Shown here in pieces: positions 39,198-48,920 of a DNA stretch of 55,428 nt. The stretch covers positions 1 to 55,428 of the forward strand of contig JAJYSW010000001.1 in NCBI GenBank assembly GCA_021793335.1, given 5' to 3'. The notes under the pieces were generated by a model. That model did no database searches. It worked only from the letters and a program-made list of their open reading frames with translations, and was not told the DNA's origin. Numbering within the stretch: the stretch's first letter is position 1; each line of letters opens with the position of its first letter. The DNA is from Actinomycetes bacterium. GTDB lineage: Bacteria; Actinomycetota; Actinomycetes; Mycobacteriales; Micromonosporaceae. Both the position numbers and the translations under genes were made by a program.

Positions 39198-39620
39198 TTA
39201 TTTGGCCTTGAGCATCACCGAGCCGGCTGCCCGGTCGTGCAGCCCGCGATGGTAGGGGTCGGCCAGAGCCGTGAGCGCGGGAAGGACCAGCGACAGCAGC
39301 ACCGCCCGTACCAGGGCTCGCGGGAATCCGATCCGGCCGCCGGTATCGGCCGAGACGCAGGCGATCCGCATGATCGCCATGCCCGCGCTCTGGGTGCCGA
39401 TGGTCATGCAGCAGGTGTAATACACGATGAACAGGCCCGGGGTGAGCAGGTTCACGCCGAACGCCTCGGGCGACCACAGGCCGAGCCAGCCCAGGAGGTA
39501 GGTGAAGATCAGGCACGCGATCCAGTCGATGAACAGCCCGGTGACGCGCTCGCCGAGGCCGGCGAGGTCCTGCCCGGCGGTGTCGGCTCCGGTGGCTGCA
39601 CCGCCGCGTTCGCTCGTCAT
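39198..39620 (-). CDS. RDD-family membrane protein
   Basis: ER..GLFIDW, TQSAGM, RGLHDRAAGS. Divergent from glnA, as is usual in actinobacteria. Confidence 0.88.
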   Translation of the reverse strand: MTSERGGAATGADTAGQDLAGLGERVTGLFIDWIACLIFTYLLGWLGLWSPEAFGVNLLTPGLFIVYYTCCMTIGTQSAGMAIMRIACVSADTGGRIGFPRALVRAVLLSLVLPALTALADPYHRGLHDRAAGSVMLKAK

Positions 39621-39710
39621 GGCGCGAGTGTACGGGCCGCCTCTCCGGCCGTCGTCTCCAGTGCGGCTCGCCGTGGGCTCGATCAACCGGTGGCGACATA
39701 GCTCTTGTGA

Positions 39711-39748
39711 GTAACAAGCGCGAAACATTTGATTTACGCTGAGGCAAT
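39711..39748 (+). promoter_or_regulatory. GlnR box upstream of glnA
   Basis: GTAAC-N6-GAAAC-N6-TTTAC-N6-GCAAT matches the GlnR a/b-site tandem consensus. Confidence 0.85.
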
Positions 39749-39865
39749 CGATCGCCGATAGCGTTTCGCCTGATACTCGCGGTGCCGACAGCGACGTCGG
39801 CGCCACCCGTGGCGAAGCCCGCCGGTCTTGGTTCCAGCTTCGCGCCTACCGAGAGGAACACCTTC

Positions 39866-41290
39866 GTGTTTGCCAGCCCAGAAGAGCTCCTCGGATACAT
39901 CCGCGACAACGACGTGAAGTTCATCGACATCCGCTTCTGCGATCTTCCCGGCGTCATGCAGCACTTCAACCTCCCGGCCGAGGCTTTCGACGCCGAGCTG
40001 CTGGAGGAGGGCCTCGCGTTCGACGGCTCCGCGATCCGCGGTTTCCAGGAGATCCACGAATCGGACATGCTCCTGCTCCCCGATGTCGCGACCGCGTTCA
40101 TCGACCCGTTCCGTGAGCGGAAGACTCTCGCGCTCAACTTCTTCATCCACGACCCCTTCACACGCGAGGCGTACAGCCGCGATCCGCGCAACGTCGCCAA
40201 GAAGGCCGAGCAGTATCTGACCGGGAGCGGTGTAGCGGACACGGCCTATTTCGGCGCCGAGGCCGAGTTCTACATCTTCGATTCGATCCGCTTCGACCAG
40301 ACGTGCAACCAGGCTTTTTACCACATCGATTCGATCGAGGGCGCGTGGAACACCGGCGCGGAGGAGCCCGGTGGGAATCTGGGCTATAAGCCGCGCCAGA
40401 AGGGCGGGTACTTCCCCGTCGGGCCCGTCGACCATTTCGCCGATCTGCGCGACACGATGACCGCGAACCTCATCGAGGCCGGTCTGACGGTCGAGCGGGC
40501 CCACCACGAGGTCGGGACCGCCGGTCAGGCCGAGATCAACTACCGTTTCTCGACGCTGCTGCATTCGGGCGACGATGTCCAGAAGTTCAAGTACATCGTC
40601 AAGAACACCGCCACACAGGCGGGCAAGACGGTGACGTTCATGCCCAAGCCCCTGTTCGGGGACAACGGTTCGGGCATGCACACTCACCAGTCGCTGTGGG
40701 CTGCGGGCGAACCGCTGTTCTATGACGAGACCGGGTATGCCGGCCTGTCGGATACCGCCCGGTACTACATCGGCGGGCTGCTCAAGCACGCTCCGAGCCT
40801 CTTGGCGTTCACCAACCCGAGCGTGAACTCTTACCGCCGTCTGGTGCCGGGCTTCGATGCCCCGGTGAATCTGGTGTATTCGCAGCGCAACCGCTCGGCC
40901 TGCACGCGCATCCCGGTGACCGGTTCGAACGCGAAGGCCAAGCGCGTCGAGTTCCGCGTGCCGGACCCGTCCTCGAACCCGTATCTGGCGTTCTCGGCGA
41001 TGCTCATGGCCGGTCTCGATGGCATCAAGAACAAGATCGAGCCGCCGGCGCCGGTCGACAAGGACCTGTACGAGCTGGGCCCCGAGGAGTACGACGACAT
41101 CACGCAGACACCCGACTCGCTCGATAAGGTGCTCGACAATCTCGAAGCCGATCACGATTTCCTCACCGAAGGCGGCGTGTTCACCCCCGACCTCATCGAG
41201 ACGTGGATCCGGTACAAGCGCGAGCATGAGATCGCCCCGATCCGGCTGCGTCCGACGCCGCACGAGTTTGATCTGTACTACGAAGTATGA
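39866..41290 (+). CDS. glnA: Type I glutamine synthetase (GSI-beta)
   Basis: [45 protein letters not shown], adenylylation motif [10 protein letters not shown] at 39866 follows GAGGA. Confidence 0.98.
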   Translation: MFASPEELLGYIRDNDVKFIDIRFCDLPGVMQHFNLPAEAFDAELLEEGLAFDGSAIRGFQEIHESDMLLLPDVATAFIDPFRERKTLALNFFIHDPFTREAYSRDPRNVAKKAEQYLTGSGVADTAYFGAEAEFYIFDSIRFDQTCNQAFYHIDSIEGAWNTGAEEPGGNLGYKPRQKGGYFPVGPVDHFADLRDTMTANLIEAGLTVERAHHEVGTAGQAEINYRFSTLLHSGDDVQKFKYIVKNTATQAGKTVTFMPKPLFGDNGSGMHTHQSLWAAGEPLFYDETGYAGLSDTARYYIGGLLKHAPSLLAFTNPSVNSYRRLVPGFDAPVNLVYSQRNRSACTRIPVTGSNAKAKRVEFRVPDPSSNPYLAFSAMLMAGLDGIKNKIEPPAPVDKDLYELGPEEYDDITQTPDSLDKVLDNLEADHDFLTEGGVFTPDLIETWIRYKREHEIAPIRLRPTPHEFDLYYEV

Positions 41291-41402
41291 GTAGTACGTG
41301 AAGTACAGCTACGAAGTATGAGCAGTACGTGCAGCACGGCCACGAAGTATGAGCAGTGCATGCAGCACGGCCACGAAGTATGAGCAGTGCATGCAGTACG
41401 GC
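41279..41402 (+). repeat. Four 31-bp tandem repeats beginning in the glnA last codons (MIRU/VNTR-like)
   Basis: Units at 41279, 41310, 41341 and 41372, consensus yACGAAGTATGAGcAGTryrTGcAGyACgGC. Confidence 0.93.
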
Positions 41403-41442
41403 CGTGGAGCACGGCTGCGAGGTTCGCAGGGTTTCGCCTCCG

Positions 41443-41478
41443 AGGGCGTGGCCGGTCGGCCGCCGGCCGCGCCCTTTC
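41443..41478 (+). terminator. glnA terminator hairpin
   Basis: agggcgtggccgg-loop-ccggccgcgccct followed by tt. Confidence 0.6.
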
Positions 41479-41517
41479 GTCTGCGGCCCGGATTCACGGC
41501 GGCGGTAGATTGTCCGG

Positions 41518-42210
41518 GTGCGTTCACGACTCCTTCGCGCGATCGGCCCCGGGCTGTTGCGCGACATCTCAGCGCTCGCGGCGGGCATCCTGATCGTCGG
41601 CCTCTCGTTCGGGGCGATCGCCGCCGCCGAGGGCGTCCCGTGGTGGCAGGCGTCGGCGATGTCGGCGCTGGTGTTCGCCGGAGCCTCGCAGTTCGCGACG
41701 CTGGGGATCATGACCGCCGGCGGTGGTCTGCTCGCCGGGGTCGCGGCCGGGCTGGTGCTCAACATGCGGCATATCCCCTACGGCATGGCCATCGGCGACG
41801 TCTATTGGACCGGCCTGCGCTCCAAACTGCTCGGCACGCACCTGCTCATCGACCAGTCCACGGCGTTCGCCCTCGCCGCCGGGAAGGATCTGCGCAGGGC
41901 CAGGGTCGCCTTCTGGACGGCCGGGGTCGTCCTGTTCGTGGTCTGGAACGTCGGCACCGTGGCCGGGGCCCTGGCAGGCGGGTTCATCGCCGACCCTGCG
42001 GCGCTGGGGCTCGACGCGGCGCTCCCGGCGATCCTGCTCGCCCTGGTGCTGCCGGGGCTGCGCGACAAGGCCACGCTGCTGGCCGGGATCGTGGGTACGG
42101 TGATCGCCCTGGTCGCCGGCCCGTTCCTGCCTGCGGGCGTCCCGGTGCTGCTGGCGTTGCTCGGGCTCGCGGTCATGTGGCGCGGTACCGGGACGAAGGC
42201 GGCGGCATGA
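41518..42210 (+). CDS. azlC: AzlC-family branched-chain amino-acid exporter permease
   Basis: GLSFGAIA, MSALVFAGASQF, LNMRHIPYG, DQSTAFA, GLDAALPA. Confidence 0.9.
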   Translation: MRSRLLRAIGPGLLRDISALAAGILIVGLSFGAIAAAEGVPWWQASAMSALVFAGASQFATLGIMTAGGGLLAGVAAGLVLNMRHIPYGMAIGDVYWTGLRSKLLGTHLLIDQSTAFALAAGKDLRRARVAFWTAGVVLFVVWNVGTVAGALAGGFIADPAALGLDAALPAILLALVLPGLRDKATLLAGIVGTVIALVAGPFLPAGVPVLLALLGLAVMWRGTGTKAAA

Positions 42211-42518
42211 TGATGCTCGCGGCGATCCTCGCGCTCGCGGTCGGCACGTTCCTCATCCGGCTCGCCGGTCCCCTGCTGCGCAAGCGGCTCACTTTGTCCG
42301 AGCGCGTCGAGACGATCCTGAAGGCCGGGGCGACCGTCGTGCTCTTGGCGCTGGCGGTGACCTCGGCGCTCATGGTGGAAGGCGAGTTCGCGGGCTGGGC
42401 GCTCCCTGCCGGGGTGCTGGTCGGCGGTGTGCTGGCGTGGCGGCGGCTGCCGCTCGCGGTGGTCGTCGTCGCCGCTGCGGCCACGACGGCGCTGCTGCGT
42501 CTTGCGGGGATCGCCTGA
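42207..42518 (+). CDS. azlD: AzlD-family membrane protein
   Basis: LAVGTFLIRLAG..., three TM segments. ATGA overlap with azlC. Confidence 0.87.
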   Translation: MMMLAAILALAVGTFLIRLAGPLLRKRLTLSERVETILKAGATVVLLALAVTSALMVEGEFAGWALPAGVLVGGVLAWRRLPLAVVVVAAAATTALLRLAGIA

Positions 42519-42535
42519 GGTGTTGGGGACGTGAA

Positions 42536-42566
42536 AGGGGCCGCGCAGTCGAGCTGCGCGGCCCCT
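42536..42566. terminator. Hairpin between convergent azlD and the LPXTG gene
   Basis: aggggccgcgcag-tcgag-ctgcgcggcccct, a perfect 13-bp stem. Confidence 0.7.
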
Positions 42567-42610
42567 CTGTTCAGTTCGGCTGGACGCCGTGTCCCGCAGG
42601 CGGGATCGGT

Positions 42611-43708
42611 CTACCAGTCAGCGGCCGCGCGGCGGCGACGCGCGACGAAGAACAGCACGGCGGCGGCGGCCACGAGGGCGGCGGCGGCGCTGATCATGAT
42701 GGTCATCGAGGAGCCGGTGACCGGCAGCTGCGCGGCGGGCGTGGTCGGCGCCTCCGACGGCGGGACCTCGTCGCAGTCCTCGGGCTTCTCCCACGGGACT
42801 TCGCCTTCGTAGAAGTTCTTGCCGTCATCGATGATGTAGGAGACGGTGAGCTCGTCACCGGTGGCGGTGAAGGTCACGGTCTTCGTCTCGCCGGGGGCGA
42901 CGGTCTCGACGACCTCCTCACCTTCACTCGGGGTGAAGGAGAAGGTGGTCTCGGTGCCGTCCTCGGGGATCGACAGCTCGAATTCCAGGCCCTCACAAGT
43001 GTCGTAGATGTAGCCCCACTCGCAGTTGCCCGGGCTGTCCCACTCGAACACGGCGACCTCTTCACCGTCGGCGGTCACGGTGACGGTGAGGCCCGCCTCG
43101 TAGTCCTCGATGGCGAAGTAGTAACCGAAGTCCTCGCCGACCTCCGGCGTGCGGGTGACGGGCTCACCGGTGCTCGGAGTGAAGGCGAACTCGGCCAGCG
43201 ACTCCTCGCTGTTGTTGTTCGCGACGACGTAGATGCCGAAGCAGTCGCTGAGGGAGTGGACGCTGATCTCGGGATCCGGCTCGGCCGGGGGCTCCTCGTT
43301 GCAGGTGCCGTCGAAGGTCACGCGGCCAGTGGCGCTCTTGACGACCTTGCCCCACTTGCTCTTGTTCTTGCTCCAGACGGCCGTGACGTCGAGTTCGGCC
43401 TCGGTGGCCGAGGAGTCGTAGATCTGCGTTCCGGTGAGGACCTCACCGGGTCCGGCCGTCGCGCCGATCTGGAGGGCGCCGTCGATCTCGGGCTCGGCGG
43501 GGTTGATCTCGGTGATCTCGCCGTCTCTGCCGGGCGGGGCGACGAGCTTGACCTCCCAGCTGACTTCCCAGCCGTCGTCGACGCAGACGGCGGTGCCGGT
43601 GACCTCGGGGTGGTGTGCCTGGGCGGCCGATGCGAACGTGAGCGCACCGGTAACGCCGAGGGCGACGCTTCCGGCCAGTCCCAGCACCCGTTTGAGGGTA
43701 CGGTTCAT
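42611..43708 (-). CDS. Secreted sortase-anchored (LPXTG) surface protein
   Basis: Signal peptide ending AQA; acidic beta-rich body; C-terminal LPVTG + TM + RRRR. Confidence 0.88.
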   Translation of the reverse strand: MNRTLKRVLGLAGSVALGVTGALTFASAAQAHHPEVTGTAVCVDDGWEVSWEVKLVAPPGRDGEITEINPAEPEIDGALQIGATAGPGEVLTGTQIYDSSATEAELDVTAVWSKNKSKWGKVVKSATGRVTFDGTCNEEPPAEPDPEISVHSLSDCFGIYVVANNNSEESLAEFAFTPSTGEPVTRTPEVGEDFGYYFAIEDYEAGLTVTVTADGEEVAVFEWDSPGNCEWGYIYDTCEGLEFELSIPEDGTETTFSFTPSEGEEVVETVAPGETKTVTFTATGDELTVSYIIDDGKNFYEGEVPWEKPEDCDEVPPSEAPTTPAAQLPVTGSSMTIMISAAAALVAAAAVLFFVARRRRAAADW

Positions 43709-43881
43709 GTTTCTCCTAAATGATGACTTTTCTCAATGGGGTGGTCACGGAGCCTCATGCGGCCGCGGGCAGAGATCCGGCCATCGCAAGCTCCGTACCA
43801 ACTAGACACGCCACAAGTTGAAGAAAGGTCGCATAACAATGAAGTAACGGTGGCTCGGCACCTGTGTTGTGGCTGAAGCGA

Positions 43882-45162
43882 TCACGGCCCGCAGTCGAGG
43901 ACTCCCGCGCGACGCAGCAATTGTCCCTTTTCACGTGAGTTGCCGGTCAACGCTGCGGCACGCTCGAACGCCTCTCGCGCCTCCGCGTCGCGGCCCATGC
44001 GCTCCAACATCTCGCCACGCACCGCCGAGACGAGGTGGTAGCCCTTCAGCGCGGGCAGCTCGGCGATCTCGTCGACCAGTTCGAGCCCTCGCCCGGGGCC
44101 GAAGGCCATCCCGAAGGCCACCGCTCGGTTGAGCGCGACGACCGGCGAGGGCTCCACGGTCAGCAACCGGGAGTACAGTCCCGCGATTCGCACCCAATCG
44201 GTCTCCTCGGCCCTGGCCGCGCGGGCATGGCAGGCCGCGATCGCCGCCTGGAGCACGTAGGTCCCGGCGTCCTCACCCCAGGCTCCGGCACGGTGGAGGG
44301 CCGCCAGGCCGCGCCGTATCAGCAACCGGTCCCACTTCGCGCGGTCCTGTTCGGGCAACGGCACCGGTTCGCCCCCGGCATCGGTGCGAGCCCGGGAACG
44401 AGACGCCTGGAAATCGAGCAGCGCGGCCAGGCCGAGGACTTCGGGCCGGTCGGGCAGCAGGGCCGCGAGCCGTTGCGCGAGCCGCATCGCGTCCCGACAC
44501 AGTTGCGGACGCATGAGGTCGTCACCGGCGGTGGCGGTGTAGCCCTCGTTGAAAATGAGGTAGACGACCTCCAGTACCGCATCCAGTCGTTCTTCGAGTT
44601 CGGCGGCGGGAGGCGCTTCGAAGGCCACGCCCGCTGAAGCGAGTTTGCGTTTGGCGCGCACGATGCGCTGGGCGACGGTGGACTCGCCGGTGAGGTAGGC
44701 CCGGGCGATCTCGCCGGTGGTGAGGCCGGCGGCGGCCTTGAGGGTCAGGGCGGTGCGCGCCTCGACCGAGAGGACGGGGTGACAGGCGCAGAAGATGACG
44801 CGCAGCAGTTCATCGCCGATGTCGTCATCGAGTTCGGCTTCGGCTCGGGCGATCGGGTCCTCGACCTGCCCGGCCGCTTCGAGCCGCCCGGCGAGCTGCG
44901 CGTATTTGCGTTTGAGGTTCTGATCGCGCCGGATGCGGTCGACCGCACGCCGTTTGGCGGTGACCATGAGCCAGGCTGCGGGCCGCTCGGGCACGCCCTC
45001 GGCGGGCCACTGCTCCAAAGCGGCGACGACGGCGTCGGAGGCGAGTTCCTCGGCGAGGCCGACGTCGTTCACGATGCGGGCGAGGACGGCGATGATCTTG
45101 GCGGATTCCAGCCGCCACACCGCCTCGACCGTCCGCCGAACGACATCGGCCTCACCGATCAT
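43882..45162 (-). CDS. ECF sigma factor with long C-terminal TPR-like extension (ECF42-type)
   Basis: [65 protein letters not shown] gene upstream. Confidence 0.88.
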   Translation of the reverse strand: MIGEADVVRRTVEAVWRLESAKIIAVLARIVNDVGLAEELASDAVVAALEQWPAEGVPERPAAWLMVTAKRRAVDRIRRDQNLKRKYAQLAGRLEAAGQVEDPIARAEAELDDDIGDELLRVIFCACHPVLSVEARTALTLKAAAGLTTGEIARAYLTGESTVAQRIVRAKRKLASAGVAFEAPPAAELEERLDAVLEVVYLIFNEGYTATAGDDLMRPQLCRDAMRLAQRLAALLPDRPEVLGLAALLDFQASRSRARTDAGGEPVPLPEQDRAKWDRLLIRRGLAALHRAGAWGEDAGTYVLQAAIAACHARAARAEETDWVRIAGLYSRLLTVEPSPVVALNRAVAFGMAFGPGRGLELVDEIAELPALKGYHLVSAVRGEMLERMGRDAEAREAFERAAALTGNSREKGQLLRRAGVLDCGP

Positions 45163-45171
45163 GCCGCGATG

Positions 45172-45534
45172 CTACTCCTCGTCGAGGATTCTTCGGACCT
45201 CGTGGACGAGCTCCATGCCCGGCGCGTGCTCACGGTGGAGTTCCGCCGAGCGCCTGGCGATCGCGACGGCCTCCTCCTGGGCGCGGCACTGCACGATGAA
45301 ATACCCGCCCACCCATTCCTTGGCCTCGGCGAAGGGGCCGTCGACGATCTTGACCTCGCCGCCGCGCAGATCGACCCGAGTGCCGCGCTCGGTCGGCTCC
45401 AAGCCGGCGGCGTCGACGAGGATGCCATCGGCGGCCAGTTCCGAGACGAAGGCGCCCATCGCCTCGTACATCTGGGAAGGAACGTCCGCCTCGGCGACGG
45501 GACGATCGTGGACGACGTTGATGAGGTATCGCAT
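45172..45534 (-). CDS. YciI/DGPF-family protein
   Basis: VDGPFAEAKEWVGGY. ATG at 45534 follows AAGGAG. Confidence 0.9.
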   Translation of the reverse strand: MRYLINVVHDRPVAEADVPSQMYEAMGAFVSELAADGILVDAAGLEPTERGTRVDLRGGEVKIVDGPFAEAKEWVGGYFIVQCRAQEEAVAIARRSAELHREHAPGMELVHEVRRILDEE

Positions 45535-45638
45535 GGGCTTGCTCCTTCGGATCGCTTTTGACCTCGATATCACTCAGTCGATCGGCCGGGCGTCGTTTCG
45601 ACGCTCCGGCCGAGCGATCTCGAAGTTCTTCGAACGGA

Positions 45639-46757
45639 TCAGAACTCCTGGGGTTCTTCGGCCTCGTCGACCTGCTCGATGGTGAGGTACTCGCTGTCGA
45701 CCAGCTCCTCCTCCCAGTTGTCCTTGTCGATGCTCACCGGCTCCAGCAGGTAGGCCGGCACGAATTTGAAACCGTTGTAGTAGGTCCCGAGGTCGTTGAT
45801 CTGCGGCTTGTCGCCGCCCACGATGCTCTTGACCATGCCCGAGGCGACCGCCGCGAGATCACGGGTGTCCTTGAAGACGGTCTGGCTCTGGCCCTGGCCG
45901 TCCCTGATGAACTGGACCGAGATGGCTTCGGCGTCCTGGCCGGTGACCACCGGGAACTCCTCGGTGCCGGGTTCGAGTCCGAAGTCCTCAAGGGCGTAGA
46001 TGACGCCGCGGCTGATGCCGTCGTAGGGTGCGAGCACCGCGTGGAGCCGCCGTTCTCCGTCGCTGTAGTACTCCTCCAGCAGCTCGGTCATGCGCTCCAT
46101 GGCGATCGCGCCGCTCCAGCGGAGGGTGGAGGTCGGTTCCTGCTCGGTCTGCTCGGAGGGGATCTGGATGGTCCCCGAGTAGGTGTAGCGTTCGAGCGTG
46201 TCGAGACCGCCCTGGAAGAAGTACTGGGAGTTGCTGTCGTCGGGGGAGCCGGAGAAGAGCTCGATGTTGAACGGGCCCGCGCCCGGTTCATCGGCTCCGA
46301 GCTGGTCGAGAATGTGCTTGGCCTGGAGGACGCCCACCTCGTAGTTGTCGAACGAGGCGTAGTAGTCGACGTCGGGAGTGTCGAGGATCAGACGGTCGTA
46401 GGAGATGATCGTCACGTCCTGGTCCTTCGCCGTGGCGAGGACCTCGCCGAGCGAGCGGTTGTCGATCGCGCCGATGATAAGGAACTCGACCCCTCGATCG
46501 ATCATTCCCCTGATCTGCTTGATCTGCTTTTCGGGATCGTCGTCCCCGTATTCGAGGATGGTCTCGTAGCCGGCGTCCTTGAGCTGCTGCTCCAGGACAC
46601 CGCCTTCGAACACCCAGCGGTCGGAGGTCTGCGTGGGCATGGAGATGCCGGTGAAACCGGTCAGAGCGGCGGACTTCTCGCCGGTCGAGCATCCGGCCGC
46701 TGCCACTGCGGCGACACCTGCCGATCCATACAACAGGCGACGGCGACTGAGGTGCAT
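45639..46757 (-). CDS. ChvE-like monosaccharide-binding lipoprotein
   Basis: SRRRLL Tat motif and AAGC lipobox; MPTQTSDRW, ISYDRLI, YYASFDN..VG..Q, VTGQDAE, TVFKDTR. Confidence 0.88.
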   Translation of the reverse strand: MHLSRRRLLYGSAGVAAVAAAGCSTGEKSAALTGFTGISMPTQTSDRWVFEGGVLEQQLKDAGYETILEYGDDDPEKQIKQIRGMIDRGVEFLIIGAIDNRSLGEVLATAKDQDVTIISYDRLILDTPDVDYYASFDNYEVGVLQAKHILDQLGADEPGAGPFNIELFSGSPDDSNSQYFFQGGLDTLERYTYSGTIQIPSEQTEQEPTSTLRWSGAIAMERMTELLEEYYSDGERRLHAVLAPYDGISRGVIYALEDFGLEPGTEEFPVVTGQDAEAISVQFIRDGQGQSQTVFKDTRDLAAVASGMVKSIVGGDKPQINDLGTYYNGFKFVPAYLLEPVSIDKDNWEEELVDSEYLTIEQVDEAEEPQEF

Positions 46758-47024
46758 GAGGGCGATACTCCTTCGAACAGAAAAAGGGGTGACAATTCAC
46801 CAGAAAATTTACACGAGCCGATTTTGCCGAAAGCAACACATTCCGTGATCGAATCGTTGTCGAAAATCATGACGAACGAGATGAAGTCGACACCGCCGAC
46901 AACGGAGGTGCGGCACCGTACCCGACGGTAGAGCCTCATGCGATCCCCTTCGTACCGGCCCCGTCGAACTGAGAGGCATCGCTCGCGAGCGGCGAAGGCA
47001 CGGTGACCGAATATCATTGCGCTC

Positions 47025-47984
47025 ATGGGCGACCGCTGGGTGGAGCTGGCAGACCGGGTGTGGGTGCGGCGATGCGAGGAGCTGGACCTCTCGCTCGGGC
47101 TGGTCGTCGGCGACGACTCCTGCCTGGTGATCGACACCGGCGTCAGCGCCGAGCACGGATACGAGTTCGCCACCGCCGTCCGCGAGCTCACGCCGCTGCC
47201 GTGGCAGATCGCCTACACCCATGACCACTTCGATCACTGGTTCGGGACCGCCGCGTTCGGCGAGTCCGCCGTCTGGGCCGTGGCCGACGGCGCGCGCTTC
47301 CTCAGCGTCGGCGACGTGCAGCGCAGGCGCTGGGCCGCGAAGTACCGGCTCCAGCGACGCGAAGAGGCCGCCAGAGCCATCGGTCGTTCCCGCCTGGTGC
47401 CGCCGAACTGCCGCGTGAACGGGGCGATCGGCCTGGATCTGGGCGGCCGGACCGTGGTGCTGCGCCAGGCCGGTCTCGCGCACACCGATAACGACATGGT
47501 GGTGGAGGTGCCCGATGCCGGGGTGCTGTTCGCCGGCGACCTGTTGGAGAACGGCGCGCCACCGTCCTACGGCGACGCCTTCCCTCACCATTGGCCGCAG
47601 GTCGTGGAGCACCTGCTGAGCTGGAGACCGCGGACGGTCGTTCCCGGCCATGGCGATCCGGTCGACTACTGGTGGGCCAGGAATCAGGCGCGTGACATGG
47701 CCGAGGTGTCACGGCTGTGCGCGGAGGTGGCTCGGGGCCTGGTGTCGGCCGAAGAGGCCGCCGCGCACGCCCCGTTCGGTCCCGAGACGATGCGGATCGC
47801 CCTTGAACGCACTCGGCTGCCGGCTCCGCCCGTGCCGCGGGCGGGCGTCGCCGCACCGGAGGCGGCCCGAACGGCGGGCGTCGCCCTCGACGCGGCCCTG
47901 TGGGCTCAGGTCGGTGTATACGAGGACCCCGACTGCGGCGTCGAACCGATGCAGGGCTCCGACGAAGGGCAGCCGCCCTCCTGA
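47025..47984 (+). CDS. MBL-fold metallo-hydrolase
   Basis: LVIDTG, THDHFDH, AHTDND, LFAGDL, VVPGHG. Confidence 0.9.
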   Translation: MGDRWVELADRVWVRRCEELDLSLGLVVGDDSCLVIDTGVSAEHGYEFATAVRELTPLPWQIAYTHDHFDHWFGTAAFGESAVWAVADGARFLSVGDVQRRRWAAKYRLQRREEAARAIGRSRLVPPNCRVNGAIGLDLGGRTVVLRQAGLAHTDNDMVVEVPDAGVLFAGDLLENGAPPSYGDAFPHHWPQVVEHLLSWRPRTVVPGHGDPVDYWWARNQARDMAEVSRLCAEVARGLVSAEEAAAHAPFGPETMRIALERTRLPAPPVPRAGVAAPEAARTAGVALDAALWAQVGVYEDPDCGVEPMQGSDEGQPPS

Positions 47985-48282
47985 AAGGAAGCACGCACGC
48001 GAGCCCTGGTCGATCTCGGTGGTCCGGCCGAAGAGAATCGTCTCTTGAGCATCGCGTCCTGCACTCGGCGATCGGCACCGCCTCGACGCGCCGGCGCCCG
48101 GGAGCGAAGCGCCATCCGGAGGAGGCCGGGACTCGACCGATTGCACGGCGGGCCCGAGAGGCTCGCCGCACCGGAACTCGACGGGCCCGAGGCGGTGTTG
48201 CGGCAGGCGAGCGCAGGTCGCTGGGGGCCGGTTCGCGGCACAGGGCCTGAGCACCGCCCCGCCTCGGGCGCTCCGGGCGGGG

Positions 48283-48789
48283 TCAGGCGAACGGCTGGTC
48301 CTCGAACGCGACGTGGAGTTTTCGCAGCAGCGCGTCGAGTCGGCGGCGTTCTTCGGCGTTCAGGGCCGCGAGCAGTCGGTCCTGGATGTCGAGCCCGGCG
48401 CCGACTGCGGCGTCGATGACCCTTCGGCCCTCGTCGGTCATCTTGACTTTGAGGCCGCGGCGGTCATCGGGGTCGGGGAGCCGCTCGATGTATCCGGCGC
48501 TCTCCAGTTTATCGAGGCGGCCGGTGAGGCCGCCCGAGGAGAGCATGAGGGTGGCGCTGATCTGTTTCGGCGAGAGGATGAACGGCTCGCCGGAGCGGCG
48601 GATACTGGCCATGACGTCGAATTCACCGCGGCCGAGGCCGTACTCGGTTCGGGCGTGGCCGAGTACGGCGCCGAGCTTTTTCGAGATGCGGTGTATGCGG
48701 CCGAAGACGGCCATGGATTCGAGTTCGAGGTCGGGTCGTTCCCGGTGCCACTGCTCGATGATGCGGTCGACCGCGTCTGGTTCAGCCAT
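48283..48789 (-). CDS. pecS: PecS-like (UrtR-type) MarR regulator
   Basis: DAVDRIIEQWHRERPDL N-terminal helix, GEFDVMASIRRSG, SGGLTGRLDKLE, DDRRG. Divergent from pecM. Confidence 0.8.
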   Translation of the reverse strand: MAEPDAVDRIIEQWHRERPDLELESMAVFGRIHRISKKLGAVLGHARTEYGLGRGEFDVMASIRRSGEPFILSPKQISATLMLSSGGLTGRLDKLESAGYIERLPDPDDRRGLKVKMTDEGRRVIDAAVGAGLDIQDRLLAALNAEERRRLDALLRKLHVAFEDQPFA

Positions 48790-48827
48790 GGGGACATTCT
48801 CACCTACCGGCCGAGACGGGACAGAAG

Positions 48828-48905
48828 TATCTCACGGTGATGCAACTCAAACACAAGTATCTTGACGAAAACTAGCTTGTAACTAAGATAGTTGGAACCA
48901 AGCTA
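48828..48905. promoter_or_regulatory. Array of PecS-type 18-bp operator palindromes
   Basis: AT-rich; five 18-mers at a 15-bp period resembling TAkCTTG-N4-CAAGmTA. Confidence 0.6.
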
Positions 48906-48920
48906 TTTTGGAGGCGAGCA

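Noticed and set aside
41279-41402. CRISPR array
   Set aside because: The units are contiguous and mutually similar, with no unique spacers and no cas genes.
41349-42518. 389-aa ORF from repeat 3 into azlD
   Set aside because: It overlaps azlC out of frame with Arg-rich nonsense. Only the last 103 codons resemble AzlD.
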